Assembly (NCBI RefSeq): GCF_004010195.1
Contig: NC_057718.1
Location: forward strand, 51,169,941 to 51,233,940
Origin: Chiloscyllium plagiosum
Lineage: Eukaryota
DNA: 64,000 nt
Reading direction: 5' to 3'
In this document: one piece after another, positions 37,790 through 50,266 of the stretch
Layout of the letters: every line of letters begins with the position of its first letter
Numbering within the stretch: position 1 is the stretch's first letter
The notes under the pieces: model-generated
What the model was told of the DNA's origin: nothing
What the model saw: only the letters and a program-made list of their open reading frames with translations
Databases searched by the model: none
Program-made: the position numbers and the translations under genes

Positions 37790-38300
37790 CTGATGGTAGC
37801 TAGGAAAATGTTGGCTCAAATGCAGATGATAGAGTGGGGGGATGGGATAATGAGTAAACGACAGATGGGGAAAGAGCCCAAAGAGAAAGAAGATTGGAAA
37901 GACAAAGGAGTGGATAACAAGTTGATTGGGAGGGACAACAGCTGTTAGTGACTATCAATAGGTAGTGTGTAATGGCAGACTACATGATAACAAGGCCTGG
38001 TTTGTGTTGCAGGGGAGTCAGACAGACGAGAGTTCAAGATCTAAATGATTGAACTCAATATTGAGTCCGGAGGACTAAGGGTCCCCAGTAGAAAATGAGG
38101 TGTTGTTCTTCCAGCTTGCACTGAGCTTTGCTGGAGCACTGCAGCAAGCCTGAGACAGTGATGTTGCCCAGGCAAAAGAGTGGTGTGTTAAAGTGGCAGG
38201 CACCTGGAAGCTCAGGGTCTGTTCTATGGGTAGAATATAGATGTTCTGTGAAGCAGTCTCCCAGTTGATGTTTCATTTCCCCAATGTAGAGGAGACCACC
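37790..38300 (-). mobile_element. Neptune-like PLE GIY-YIG/3' fragment
   Basis: LLYIGEMKHQLGDCFTEH..ACHFN..LEEQHLIF, homologous to about 3700-4300. Confidence 0.85.
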
Positions 38301-40842
38301 TTTTCTTTGTTTACTTGTCAGATGACAAATGAACTACAGCATATAGAAGGCAGCTTACAATCACTTTCTCAAGGGCAATTACACATGGGAAACAAATGCT
38401 GACCCACTTAGAGATGTTCATATCCCATAACTGAATTAAAAAAAATCGCGTTTTGCTTTCTGCCTCCACGACCCTTTATCATTTAATCTTCTCCCGTTCT
38501 TGAGCCCCTGACTTTTCTAGTTCCAAGTCATTGACCAGAAATATATAACACGTGTTTTCCCCAATTGACCCAACTCAACTAAGAATTCAGGGGATAGAGA
38601 AAGCCCACTGTGGGTGAGACTGAACACTTCCATCTATTTTGGGGCTTAAAATATACGTAAGGAGAGACTTTTGCCCTTTTTGGAACAAAAAGCCCTGATT
38701 AAGGCACCACTAATCACAAGCAAGCAGTTCTGCATAATTTATGACAGAGACATGTGACACTGGGTTGAGTATTGGGGATGGGACCCTCATCATGTGCCAA
38801 GTGGCAGGGCCTGCAGGGGGTTGGGAGTTTCGCAAAATGTGACAGTAGGTAACCTGGAAGAATGTAAAATCTTGGAATTGGGAGTGGTCTTCTGGGAGTA
38901 TGGGAAGAGGCCCTGGCGCTGCTCCCTTCTTTGGCATAAATATGTTGGGGACAGTAGCAAGCAGGTTGGCAGTGGGAGGTTGTCTGCTGGATTTAACAAG
39001 CTGCCTAACCTTCACACCTGTTGGAAGGACAGCATAAGATATAGCCCATGTACATTGTTTCTCTTCCTACTGATGCTGCCTGACCTTGCTAAGGATTTGC
39101 AGCATTCTTAAAATTTTTAAAATTAGAATTGCAGCATCTGCAGTCTTTTGGGTTTGAATTGACAACAGATGTGGAGCAAAACTGTCCCATGAGAAGAGTG
39201 ACTTCAATAACAGAGATAATCAAACGGAGGTTTAGCTGGAAAGCTATCCATTTTTTAGAAGAAAAAATGTATTGTATATGGACCATCAACATACATGTCA
39301 AGGTCTAATTTACCTAAAAGTATAATTTGGTTTGGCTGTTCAACTTCTCCAACAACCTCCTTAAAAGACAATGATTTCTCTTTAAGAACTCATCCTATAA
39401 TTCAACTGCAAGGCTGATTTTACATTTCAACTCTTTAGAGAAACTCCTAAAGATTCAATCGGCAACGCATTAGTTCAGGAATGGCAAGGGGAAAAGCCTG
39501 GTATTCTGGAGAAGACATTTGTTTATAGACGGAGAATAGTTTCTGTAGAGAAGGACATAAGCCCTGATTCTAAATAAGCCTGGTTGAACAGAAATCACAC
39601 TGCGATTTAATTACTGTACACATCCTGAAACTGCAGATTGAGTACAGGCAGGGGAATAGTGGTATGATTTCCAAATAAAGGATCTTATCTTGCTTTGCAC
39701 GAAGACATAGATACAATTAAAGTCTATTTTGGCAATAAAAATAAATCAAATGTCAGCACAATGATTTCAAAATGTCAACTGTAAATGATCAGACAAGACC
39801 CACAAAAATAAATTGCAACTTCTCCAAATCCAATATACAAGTGGTACTATTTATCACGATGTGCATGGTAAAATCTAATAATCAAAACAGTTCCAAAAAA
39901 ACATAAAGAGATACATTACAATAAAGTTATAATAACACCCCATGAACAATAACAGCATCCAAGTTCTGTGGACTCCATTTAATTTACATTCCCAAGTCAG
40001 ATCCATAAAGATTTTTTGAAGGTTAGATTTTACATTTTCAGTTTTGGGAACAGAGCCTTTCTTGTGCAGATTCTTAGTGGGGACAAATGTACTTCCTGTT
40101 TCTGGAGAAAGCATTTTCAATTGCTGTGGTATCTAATAATCCCCTGAGACATTGAGGTAAATCAAGGGCACACCAGCGTCTTTAGTGTTTTCAGTGCTAT
40201 CTGACTCAGCATTTGTGGATGCTGGAGAAGTCAAAGATGCAGCCAAGTCCATACTTATGAAGTATGCTTATCCCATCAAGGAAAATAACATGCTGATTGC
40301 ACCATTACTATTGGATATCAAAAAAACTGGTGCAAAAAGTCTGGAACACAGGATTTCACAATACACAATATGTTTGCTATACTCAGTATGGTCTCCTCTA
40401 AACTATGGAGAGTAAAGGTAGCTCAGGTAATAGTTTTCAAAAACACCTCTGCTTGGACCGGAAGCTTAGCTTTGAATTTCTGGTATCCTGGTATCTCTGC
40501 CTTACTCTCACAATGACATTACTGTCCTTTGTCTCCTGTAAAGCACAAAGCAAGTTTGAAAAACAGCACTTGTTTGGGCATTTTACAGTCTTCTGAACTT
40601 GGAGTTCAACAATTTTAAAAATGTTTTAAATTTTTAAAATCATAAACAATTTTATATTTCAATTTTTCTCTAATTTTTGTTTTTTGAGAGTAGAAAACCA
40701 GCTTTTAGCACATCTTTTGTTTCTTTGTATTTTTTTTAATGTCCTGGCCCCATTCTATTTGTCTTTTTAAGATGATCTCTCCATTATCAATCAGAAATTT
40801 TTGTCATTGTTATTATGTCATTGTCTCACCCACTGTTATTCC

Positions 40843-40970
40843 AGTTTTGATGACAGTTCATCGACCTGAAACATTAATTCTGTTCTTGTATCTCCACAGA
40901 TGTCACCAGACAAGCTGAGTACTTGCAGCTTTGACTGTTTTTATTTCAGATTTCCAACATCCACAGTATG
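40843..40970 (+). mobile_element. PLE pseudo-LTR remnant with a decayed HHR
   Basis: TTGATGA-CAGTTCATCGACCT-GAAA-CATTAATTCTG followed by the shared TTTTTATTTCAGATTTCCA tail. Confidence 0.6.
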
Positions 40971-42389
40971 CTAATCACAGCCAAAATCTATCATGAGTGA
41001 CAGGCAACACAGTGTTCAGGAAATCATAGAAAATAGGAGCACAAGTAGGTCATTCAGTCCTTCAAGCTTGCTCTGCCATTCATTATAATCATAGCCTATC
41101 TTCCAGCTCAATAGCCTGCTTTCCCAATTATCCTTTGCTCACTTTCGCCTCAAGTACTGTATCCAACTCTTGCTTGAAATTATGCAATATATTGTCCTCA
41201 ACTGTTTTCCATGGTAACAAATTTCATAGGGTCACCATTCTCTGAACGAACTTTCTACTCTTCTCAGTCTTTTATGGTTTACTGTGGATCCTTAAACAAT
41301 GACCCCCAATTCTATATTCCCTCATCTTCAGGAATATCCTTCCTACATCTACCTGTCTAGTCTTGTTCATATTTCATGGGTTTCTATGGGATACCCCCTC
41401 ACTCTTTTGATCTCCAGTGAATATCAGCCAAACTGATTTAACCACTCATACATTGCACCTAACTTGGAAGGAGACTAATATACTGGCAGGAGGATTTGCT
41501 AGACCTGCTCGGGAGGATTTAAACTAGTAAGCTGGTGGTGGGGGGGGGGGGAATGGTAGAGCCAGGGAGATAGTGAGGAAAGAGATCAGTCTGATACTGG
41601 TACAGTTGAGAACAAAGGTGAGTCAAACTGTCAGGACAGGCAGGGACAAAGCAGAGAACAAGGTATGACTGATAAATTAAACTGCATTTATTTCAATGCA
41701 AGAGGCCTAACGGGGAAGGCAGATGAACTCAGGGCATGGTTAGGAACATGGGACTAGGATGTCATAGCAATTACAGAAACACGGCTCAGGGATGGATAAG
41801 ACTGGCAGCTTAATGTTTCAGGATACAAATGCTACAGGAAGGATAGAAAGGAGGCAAGAGATGGGGTGGGGTTGGCATATTTGATAAGGGATAGCATTAC
41901 AGCTGTACTGAGGGAGGATATTCCCAGAAATACATCCGGGGAAGTTATCTGTATTGCACTGACAAATAAGAATGGGATGATCACCTTATTGGGATTGAAT
42001 TATAGACCCCCTAATAGTCAATGAGAAATGGAGAAACAAATTTGTAAGGAATTCTCAGTTATCTGTAAGAATAGTGGAGTGGTCATGGTAGGGGATTTTA
42101 ACTTTCCAAATATAGACTGGGACTGCCATAGTGTTAAGGGATTAGATGCACGGGAATTTGTTAAGTATGTAGAGGAAAAGTTTCTGATTCAGTACGTGGA
42201 TATACCTACAGAAAAGATGCTATTCTTGGGAAATAAGACAGGGCAAGTGACTGAGGTGTCTGTAGGGGAGCACTTTGGGGCCAGTAACCACAATTCTATT
42301 TGTTTTAATATAGTGATGGAAAAGGTGAGACCGGATCTAAAAGTTGAAATTATAAATTGAAGAAAGGCCAATTTTGATGGTATTAGGCA

Positions 42390-42980
42390 GTTTTGAGAAG
42401 ATTTGTCAGAACATCTTGGAAATGACTGCCAGGCTATTCAGAACTCTTGGCATAGCCCACAAACCCATCAACACACTAAAACAGCAGCTAATGAACTTGA
42501 AAGACCCAATACAGACAACAAGCAAAACTAATGTAATTTACAAAATACTGTGCAAGAACTGTAACAAACACGACATTGTACAAACATTCAGAAAACTAGC
42601 CACCAGGATACATGACCATCAACTAGCCACAAAACATCATGACCATCTATACTGGTATCCTTACATACAGATAAGGAAGAACACCACTTCAACTGGGACA
42701 ACACATTCATCCTAGGGCAAGCCAAACAGAGACAAAAATGAGAATTCCTAGAAGCACGGCATTCCAACCAAATTGGACCCCATTTACCATCCCCTGAGAA
42801 AAAAAAACAAGAAATGATATCACCATAGGAAATGACATCACCAGCCCAAAGAAACCCAAACATATAAATAGAAAGCAAGATTCATCAGCAGTTGTTCGTC
42901 CGGAGGTTCACTTATCTAGTATGGTGATGTAATGTCTAAAAATGAACCTTCCAGCACAGCGAGCAAACCTACATCCAGAC
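42390..42980 (+). mobile_element. Poseidon-like PLE 3' fragment nested in the CR1
   Basis: TSD ATTAGGCA (42382-42389, 42981-42988). HKPINTL..NVIYKILCKNC..RIHDHQ. Confidence 0.9.
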
Positions 42981-43100
42981 ATTAGGCAAAAATCTTTGCA
43001 AACTGACTGGGGGGGCAGATGTTCACAGGTAAAGGGACGGCTGGAAAATGGAAAGCCTTCAGAAATGAGATAACGAGAGTCCAGAGAAAGTATATTCCTG

Positions 43101-43552
43101 CTGTGGTTCTGTTCGCCGAGCTGGAAGTTTTTGTTGCAAACGTTTCGTCCCCTGTCTAGGTGACATCCTCAGTGCTTGGGAGCCTCCTGTGAAGCGCTTC
43201 AGTGGTGTTTCCTCCGGCATTTATAGTGGCCTGTCCCTGCCGCTTCCGGTTGTCAGTTTCAGCTGTCCGCTGTAGTGGCCAGTATATTGGGTCCAGGTCG
43301 ATGTGTTTGTTGATGGAGTTTGTGGATGAGTGCCATGCTTCTAGGAATTCCCTGGCTGTTCTTTGTTTGGCTTGCCCTATAATGGTAGTGTTGTCCCAGT
43401 CGAATTCATGTTGCTTGTCATCTGCGTGTGTGGCTACTAGGGATAGCTGGTCGTGTCGTTTCGTGGCTAGTTGATGTTCGTGGATGCGGATCGTTAGCTG
43501 TCTTCCTGTTTGTCCTATATAGTGTTTTGTGCAGTCCTTGCACAAACTTTGA
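43101..43552 (-). mobile_element. Poseidon-like PLE 3' fragment (GIY-YIG) nested in the CR1
   Basis: 14-bp TSD AAAGTATATTCCTG (43087-43100, 43553-43566). ORF 43156-43545 is closely similar to 1597-2037. Confidence 0.95.
43135..43176 (-). ncRNA. Minimal type I hammerhead ribozyme motif (intact)
   Basis: GCA-CTGAGGA-T-GTCACCT-AGAC-AGGGGAC-GAAACGTT-TGC, with palindromic AAACGTTT in the stem III position. Confidence 0.8.
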
Positions 43553-43626
43553 AAAGTATATTCCTGTTTGGGTGAAAGGAAAGGCTGGTAGGTGTAAGGA
43601 ATGCTCGATGACTAAAGAAATTGAGG

Positions 43627-43714
43627 TGAAAATGCGTTGCTGGAAAAGCGCAGCAGGTCAGGCAGCATCCAAGGAACAGGAGAATCGACGTTTCGGGCAT
43701 AAGCCCTTCTTCAG
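43627..43714 (-). mobile_element. 88-bp solo HHR/pseudo-LTR insertion nested in the CR1
   Basis: GAGG duplicated at 43623-43626 and 43715-43718. Homologous to 35165-35241. Confidence 0.85.
43682..43714 (-). ncRNA. Minimal type I hammerhead ribozyme motif (intact core)
   Basis: CTGAAGA-A-GGGC-TTAT-GCCC-GAAA-CGTC-GATTC. Confidence 0.8.
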
Positions 43715-46399
43715 GAGGGGTTTGGTTAAGAAAAAGAAGGAAGCATATGTCAGGCATAAACAGGATAGATCGTGTGAACCCTTAGAAGAGTATAAAGGCA
43801 GTAGGAGTATACTTCAGAGAGAAGTCAGGAGGGCAAAAAGGGGACATGAGATAGCTTTGGCAAATAGAGTTAAGGAGAATCCAAAGGGCTTTTACAAATA
43901 CGTCAAGGATAAAAGGGTAACTAGGGAGAGAATAGGACCCCTCAAAGATCACCAAGGCGGCCTTTGTGTGGAGCCACAGGAGATGGGGGAGATACTAAAC
44001 AAGTATTTTGCATCAGTCTTACTGTGAAAAAGGACATGGAAGACATAGAATGTAGGGAATTGGATGGTGACATCTTGAAAAATGTCCATATTACAGAGGA
44101 GGAAGTGCTGGACGTCTTGAAATGCATAAAAGTAGATAAATATCCAGGACCTGATCAGGTGTACCCAAGAACTCCGTGGGAAGCTAGGGAAGTGATTGCT
44201 GGGCCTCTTACTTAAATATTTGTATCATCAATAGTCACAGGTGAGGTGCCGGAAGACTGGAGGATGGCTAATGTTGTGTCACTGTTTAAGAAAGGTGGTA
44301 AGGAGAAGCCAGGGAACTATAGACCAGTGAGCCTGATGTCAGTGGTGGGCAAGTTGTTGGAGGGAATCCTAATGGATAGGATATACAAGTATTTGGAAAG
44401 GCAAGGACTGATTAGGGATTGTCAATATGTCTTTGTGCATGGGAAATCATGTCTCACAAACTTGATTGAGTTTTTTGAAAAAGCAACAAAGAGGACTGAT
44501 GAGGGCAGAGCAGTAGATGCGATCTATATGGACTTCAGTAAGGCATGGTTCCGTGGGAGACTGGTTAGCAAGGTTAGATCTCATGGAAAGAGAACTGGCT
44601 CAAAAGTAGAAGACAGAGGATGGTGGAAGAAGGTTGTTTTTCAGACTGGAGGCCTGTGACCAGTGGAGTGCGATGAGATCGGTGCTGGGTCCATTATGTT
44701 TCATCATTCATATAATTGATTTGGATGTGGACCTAGGAGGTATAGTTAATAAGTTTGCAAATGACACCAAAATTGGAGTTGTAATGGACTGTGAAGAAGG
44801 TTACCTCAGATTACAACGGGATCTTGATCAGATGGGTCAATAGGCTGAGAAGTGGCAGATGGAGTTTAATTTCATAAATACGAGGTGCTACGTTTTGGAA
44901 AAGCAAATCAAGACAGGACTTATGAATGGTAAGGTCCGAGGGAGTGTTGCTGAACAAAGAGACCTTGGAGTGAAGGTTCATAGCTCCTTGAAAGTGGAGT
45001 CCAAGGTAGATAGGTTGGTGAAGAAGGTGTTTGCTATGCTTTCCTTTATTGGTCAGAGTATTGAGTACAGGAGTTGGGAGGTCATGTTGCGGCTGTACAG
45101 GACATTGGTTAGGCCACTGTTGGAATAATTCTGGTCTCTTTTTCCTATTGGAAAAATGTTGTGAAACTTGAAAGGGTTCAGAAAAAAATTACAAGGATGT
45201 TGCCAGGGTTGGAAGATTTGAGCTATAGAGACAGGTTGAATAGGCCATGGCTGTTTTTCCTGGAGCGTCGGAGGCTGAGGGGAGACCTTATAGAGGTTTA
45301 TAAAATCATGAGGGGCATGGATAGGATAAATAGACAAAGTCTTTTCCCTGAAGTGGGGGAGTCCAGAATTTGAGGGCATAGGTTTAGGGTGAGAGGGAAA
45401 AGATATAAAAGAGACTTAAGGGGCAACATTTTCATGTAGAGGGTGGTGCATGTATGGAATGAACTGCCAGAGGACGTAGTGGAGGCTGGTACAATTGCAA
45501 CATTTAAAAAGCATCTGCTTGGGTATATGAATAGGAAGGATTTGGAGGGATATGGGCCGGATTGGGATATCTGGTCGGCATGGACAAGTTGGACCGAAGG
45601 GTCTGTTTCTGTCCTGTACATCTCTATGACTATGACTATCAGTCCTCCTAACTGAGGAAACTTTCACTGCATTTCCTCTGTAAAAAGAACATCCTTCCTC
45701 AGACAAGGATATTAAAACTGCACACAATATTCTAGTTGTGGTCTCACCAAGGCCCCATATAATTGCAGCGAGACATCCCTAATCCTGTACTCAAATACAC
45801 TCACTATGAAGGCCAATAAATCAGTTGCCTTCTTTATCACCTACTGCACCTGCATGCTTACCTTCAGTGACTGATGTATAAGGATGCCCAGGTCTCATTG
45901 CACATTCTCCTCTCTCAATGTATGGCTATTCAGATGATAATCTGCCTTCCTGGTTTTGCTACCACATTGGATAACCTCACATTCAATCACATTACACTGC
46001 ATCTGCTGTACATTTGCTATTTATTCAGCTTGTCCAAATCACACTGAAGCATCTCTACATATTCCTTATAACTCAACCTCCCACCCAGATTTGTATCATC
46101 TATGAATTTGGAGATATTACACTTAATTCCCTCGTCTAAATCATCAATATAAATTGTGAATAGCTGGGGTCCTAACCTTGTGGTACCCTACTAGTCACTG
46201 CCAGCCATTCAGAAAAATACCCGTTTATTCCTACTCTTTGGTCTACTAACCAATTTGGGATTGGGAGTGGTATATTGAGATGGGTAGCAAATTGGCTGGT
46301 CATCTCAATATTACCACTCCCAATCCCATACACTTTAGTCTTACACACTTATCTCTTATGTGAGACTTTGTCAAAAGTTTTCTGTATAAATATTTAGTG

Positions 46400-47630
46400 C
46401 AAATGTGATCAAGCAGAGTTAACATGGCTATATGAAAAGGAAAATTATCTTGTTCAAGTTTTAATGGGGGATAACTAAAAGTAAATCAGTGTATTTAGAT
46501 TTTCAAAAAGCAACCAAAACAATGTCCCACAAGACATTTATTACATAAAATGTTAGTTCGTGGAATTGGGGTTACTATATCAGCATGAATTAAGAATTGA
46601 TTAGTGGATGAGAAATAGAGGAGGAATAAATAAAGCATTTTCTAGTTAGAAGACTGTAAAGAGAGGGGTACTGAAAAGGTAAGTACCAAGTCTTGGTTAT
46701 TTCCTATCTGTATGAAGGACTTAGATGAGGGACTGAGTGTAATGGATGCAAGTTTGCTGCTGATACAAAGTTAGGAGGGAAACTAAAGGTGAGGATATAA
46801 AGAGGTTGCCAATGGATATAGATAGGGTTGAAGAGGTGTTAAAATATAACACATGGAATACAATGTGACAAAACATAGAGAAATCCACTTTGTTAGGAAA
46901 AATGAAAAAAAATAGTTTTGTCATGCTGAAAGACTAGAAAGTTTGCATTCAGAGGAACTTGGTTATCCTTAGTCCGGAATCACAAAAAAACCAAGATACT
47001 GCAAATGAATAGGACATTAAATTCTGTGATAGATTTTGTTACAAAGCATTTTCAGTCCAAGAGTAGAGTTGTCTTAGTACAATTATTGAGGACATTGGTG
47101 ACGTCACACCTGGAGTACTGTGCATAATTTTAAGACATACTTAAGTAAGATGGAGAGAAACAAATATTTGTTAGTTGTTAATTTGCATAAGGGAATTGTT
47201 TCAGGAGAAGAGATTTATGTCGAGCAGGCTTACATTCCCTTGGGTTTAGAAGAGTGAGAAGTGATCTAAATGAAGATTAATACTGTTTGAGAGAATTGAC
47301 AGAGTTATGGTGAGAAAATGATTTCCCTGGCTGGGGAATCAAGAACATGGGTAATCAGTGGTAACCATTTAGAGCTAAGATTAAGAAATTTCTCTGTGTT
47401 GAGTTGTAATTTTCTAAAAGTTCACGACCCAGAGAACTGAGGATGCTTGGGTTGCTGAATATATTCAAGATGGAGTTCAGTGAACTTTTGGGTATTCAGT
47501 GAATTAAGGAAAATAGTTATAGTGTCGGAGCTATAGTTGAGATAAAAGATCAAGCATGATATTTTTGTATTGTGGAGTAGGCTCAAACGATCAAAGTAGC
47601 CTCCTAAACTCTGATCTCTTATGTCCATAC
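46400..47630 (+). mobile_element. Highly decayed CR1/L2 RT and 3' fragment
   Basis: GTGTATTTAGATTTTCAAAAAGC, AAGTTTGCTGCTGATACAAAG and CACCTGGAGTACTGTG remnants. Confidence 0.75.
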
Positions 47631-50051
47631 TGCTTTAAGATTTTCTCAGAATTTGTTATAGCATGGTCTCTCTGGAATTAAACAATGAAACAATGCATAC
47701 TTCTTTCGAGATGCAGGTGCAGAGAATCACCATAACTTTATGGGAGGTATGAGAGGCAGTTGTATTCAATTGCTCTTATTATCAAATTCAAATATCTCTT
47801 TCTTTTCCATTTACTTTTATGAAGTCGTGTATTTGTACAATTAAGGTGCAAAATACCTTATTGAAACATGCACTGATCAAATTCCTTTTAACAATGTTTT
47901 TTTTTATTTGCAAAATACATAGCTGTATATTTTGCTGTATTTATGCCTTGAATTTTCTAATTTCTGAAAGTTTTGACAATTGACCTAAGATAGTGCCAAC
48001 AAAAATAATGGGGATTGCCTTTGTTCAAGATCATCAACTCAGTTTCTCTCTGTGACAATAAAAAACAGTAAATTTTTTTTCAAATCATGAATGCTGAGGC
48101 AGCTTTAGAATAAAAAAAACACAAAAGCTCAGCTGTCTTAGCTCAATAGTATTTAATTCACAAAAGAACAAACCTTTAAATTTCCAACAAGAAAGTTCAG
48201 CAATCACAACAATCAAGATTTTCTCATGCTGACTTCTTTTTGTCCCACTCTTACTACATTATTGTCATTTACCCTGTGGAATCTAAGTGTATTCTAAATT
48301 TCCTGCTCCTCATTTGTAATTTAATCAGGAATGCGACTGTTCATGCACAACAGAGGTTTTAAATTTCAGAGACATGCTCTCAAAGGATGGAATATGAAGC
48401 TTCAATGTCATTCACTGCATGTTCGATTGCACAGCAACCTGCAGTTGCTATTTCAGCCTTGTCGACTTAACATGGAGAGCATTCTATGTGGTCATAAAGA
48501 CTTCTAAAAAATACAACTTTATACAAAGGTAACTCAATGGCAAAAAAGTGAAAGTGCAATATATTCAACATGGCTTATCATTCAGAGCCTGAAGAGCTCT
48601 TAGTAGAGCAAAACTAGAACAGAAAAAAAGTGATTCAAATGCATATTGATAATTTCTGGGATAAATGGAGACTTTGCATTTTGCTTTCCTTGATCTATGA
48701 CCGAAAGTAACGTTGAAAACTTTTGTTTAAACCGAAGGTTCAGTCGTCCAGTTACAGCAATCTTTGGTAAAGCAGATTTCAGCACTTTAATCCTAAAATT
48801 TGAAATTTATGGGTGGGATTTAAGATTCCAAATCATTGGATTTGAAGGTGGGTGTGCAGGGACGGTGGTTAATCAGCCTGTGGTCTTCCCAGCTGCTCTA
48901 TCCATGCTGTAAAGTGCTCAGGATGGCGACAGGTAGGGTTCCCACCACTCAGCCAATTAATGCCTGTATCGTGACCTATTAATGCTAATTCAAAACCTCA
49001 TCCCATTATGCTACTGAGATCTAACCACAGCTGTCCCACATAAGTTTCTGCTGGAAGGCAGAGTTGGTGTGGGTGAGGGAAGGAGAGGTTCCTCTTTATC
49101 CTGCGCCCTGAGGTATATCAAATTGTCATTCCGAAGGTTTTTACTCCCCAATTCATTCTTTCCTCATTGTCATTTAAATCCTGGCACCCAATCCTCTTTG
49201 CCACACTTGGCCAGAGCCTGCCAGCTTGGCACCCAGTGAGATGCCAATCAGATTTCAATGACCCAATGTATACTCTGTTTGCTGGACAGCTTCCAGCGTT
49301 TGAGTGGCTGGCAGCTCTCTGAGGCAGGACTTCCAATGCACGAGAGGAAGAAATTCCTTCTGCTATCTAATAACAGCCAGTGAACACTAAATGGCTTTCA
49401 GACACAATGTTCCTCTAAGTGGCCTCCCCCAAGCCCACAAACATTTTAGCCAAGATGTTGAGGAGGAGGTGCACATACAGGAATTTATGCAATTCACAGA
49501 TATGTTTCAAAACAAAATTAGACTTAAAAAGACAGTTGTAAAATTGGCCAAGTAATCATTGATTGATTGAAAATTAATGACTGAAACCGTATGTAGAGAA
49601 AAAATCCTTGGTGAGCTATTTGTAAAATGTTTTTCCAAATAATGAACTTATTACTCACCATTATCAAATAACAGAAGATCATAGTTTGCAATCCACTAAT
49701 TGCATCTCATTTAATTGATCAAAATTACAAGTTTGAAAATTATAAAAATACTTCTTCACATAAATCAGAAACTTAATGGACTCTAAGACAGCAATCTTTG
49801 AAGTAATAATGACATGAAAATGTGCAGATGATATAATTAAACAACTGCATGTCTTGTGAAGAGTGTATGTGCAATTTGAATAATAGTAACAGCAAAATAA
49901 ACAAACTGTGGAACTATCTGTTGATGTTGGCATTGATTAAGGAATGAGGAGCAACTCCCACATCCCATAAACAAATTTTTAAAAACAGTGTTGGATAGCC
50001 CACCAGGATAATTACCACTGCATCTTTAAAATGAATTAATAGATGAATATT

Positions 50052-50266
50052 ACTGCAGATGCTGGAATCTGTACTGAAAACAAAATATGCTGGAAATCAC
50101 AGTGGGCCAGGCAGTATCTGTGGAGAGTCAGCAAGCTGATGTTTTGAGCCCAGATGACTCTTCATCAGAGCTCTGATGAACAGTCATCTGAACTCAAAAT
50201 GTCAGCTTGGTTTCTCTCCATGGATGCTCTCTGACCTGCTGTGATTTCTCCCATGTTTTGTTTTCA
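50052..50266. mobile_element. Palindromic element of two back-to-back HHR/pseudo-LTR units
   Basis: Axis at 50170/50171 (TTCATCAGAG|CTCTGATGAA), arms about 96 bp, one CTGATGA core on each strand. Confidence 0.85.

Larger units (their letters stand above)
41452..45640 (+). mobile_element. CR1 (HER1-like) LINE: ORF1 end, APE endonuclease, RT and (CTATGA)n tail, with three nested insertions
   Basis: YFNARGL..IAITET, GDFNFPNIDW, SNHNSI, PGPDQ, NYRPVSL, YMDFSKA, KFANDTKI motifs with stops and frameshifts. Confidence 0.95.
41025..46380 (-). mobile_element. Older CR1/L2 3' segment split in two (41025-41450, 45641-46380) by a younger CR1
   Basis: Minus-strand CR1/L2 3' UTR and RT remnants continue across the insertion point. 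Confidence 0.7.

Noticed and set aside
41540..41552. Poly-G run
   Set aside because: Lies in the CR1 inter-ORF region; a simple homopolymer of uncertain length.
43428..44027. 199-aa ORF
   Set aside because: Chimeric read-through of antisense PLE, CR1 ORF2 and the 88-bp insert; not a gene.
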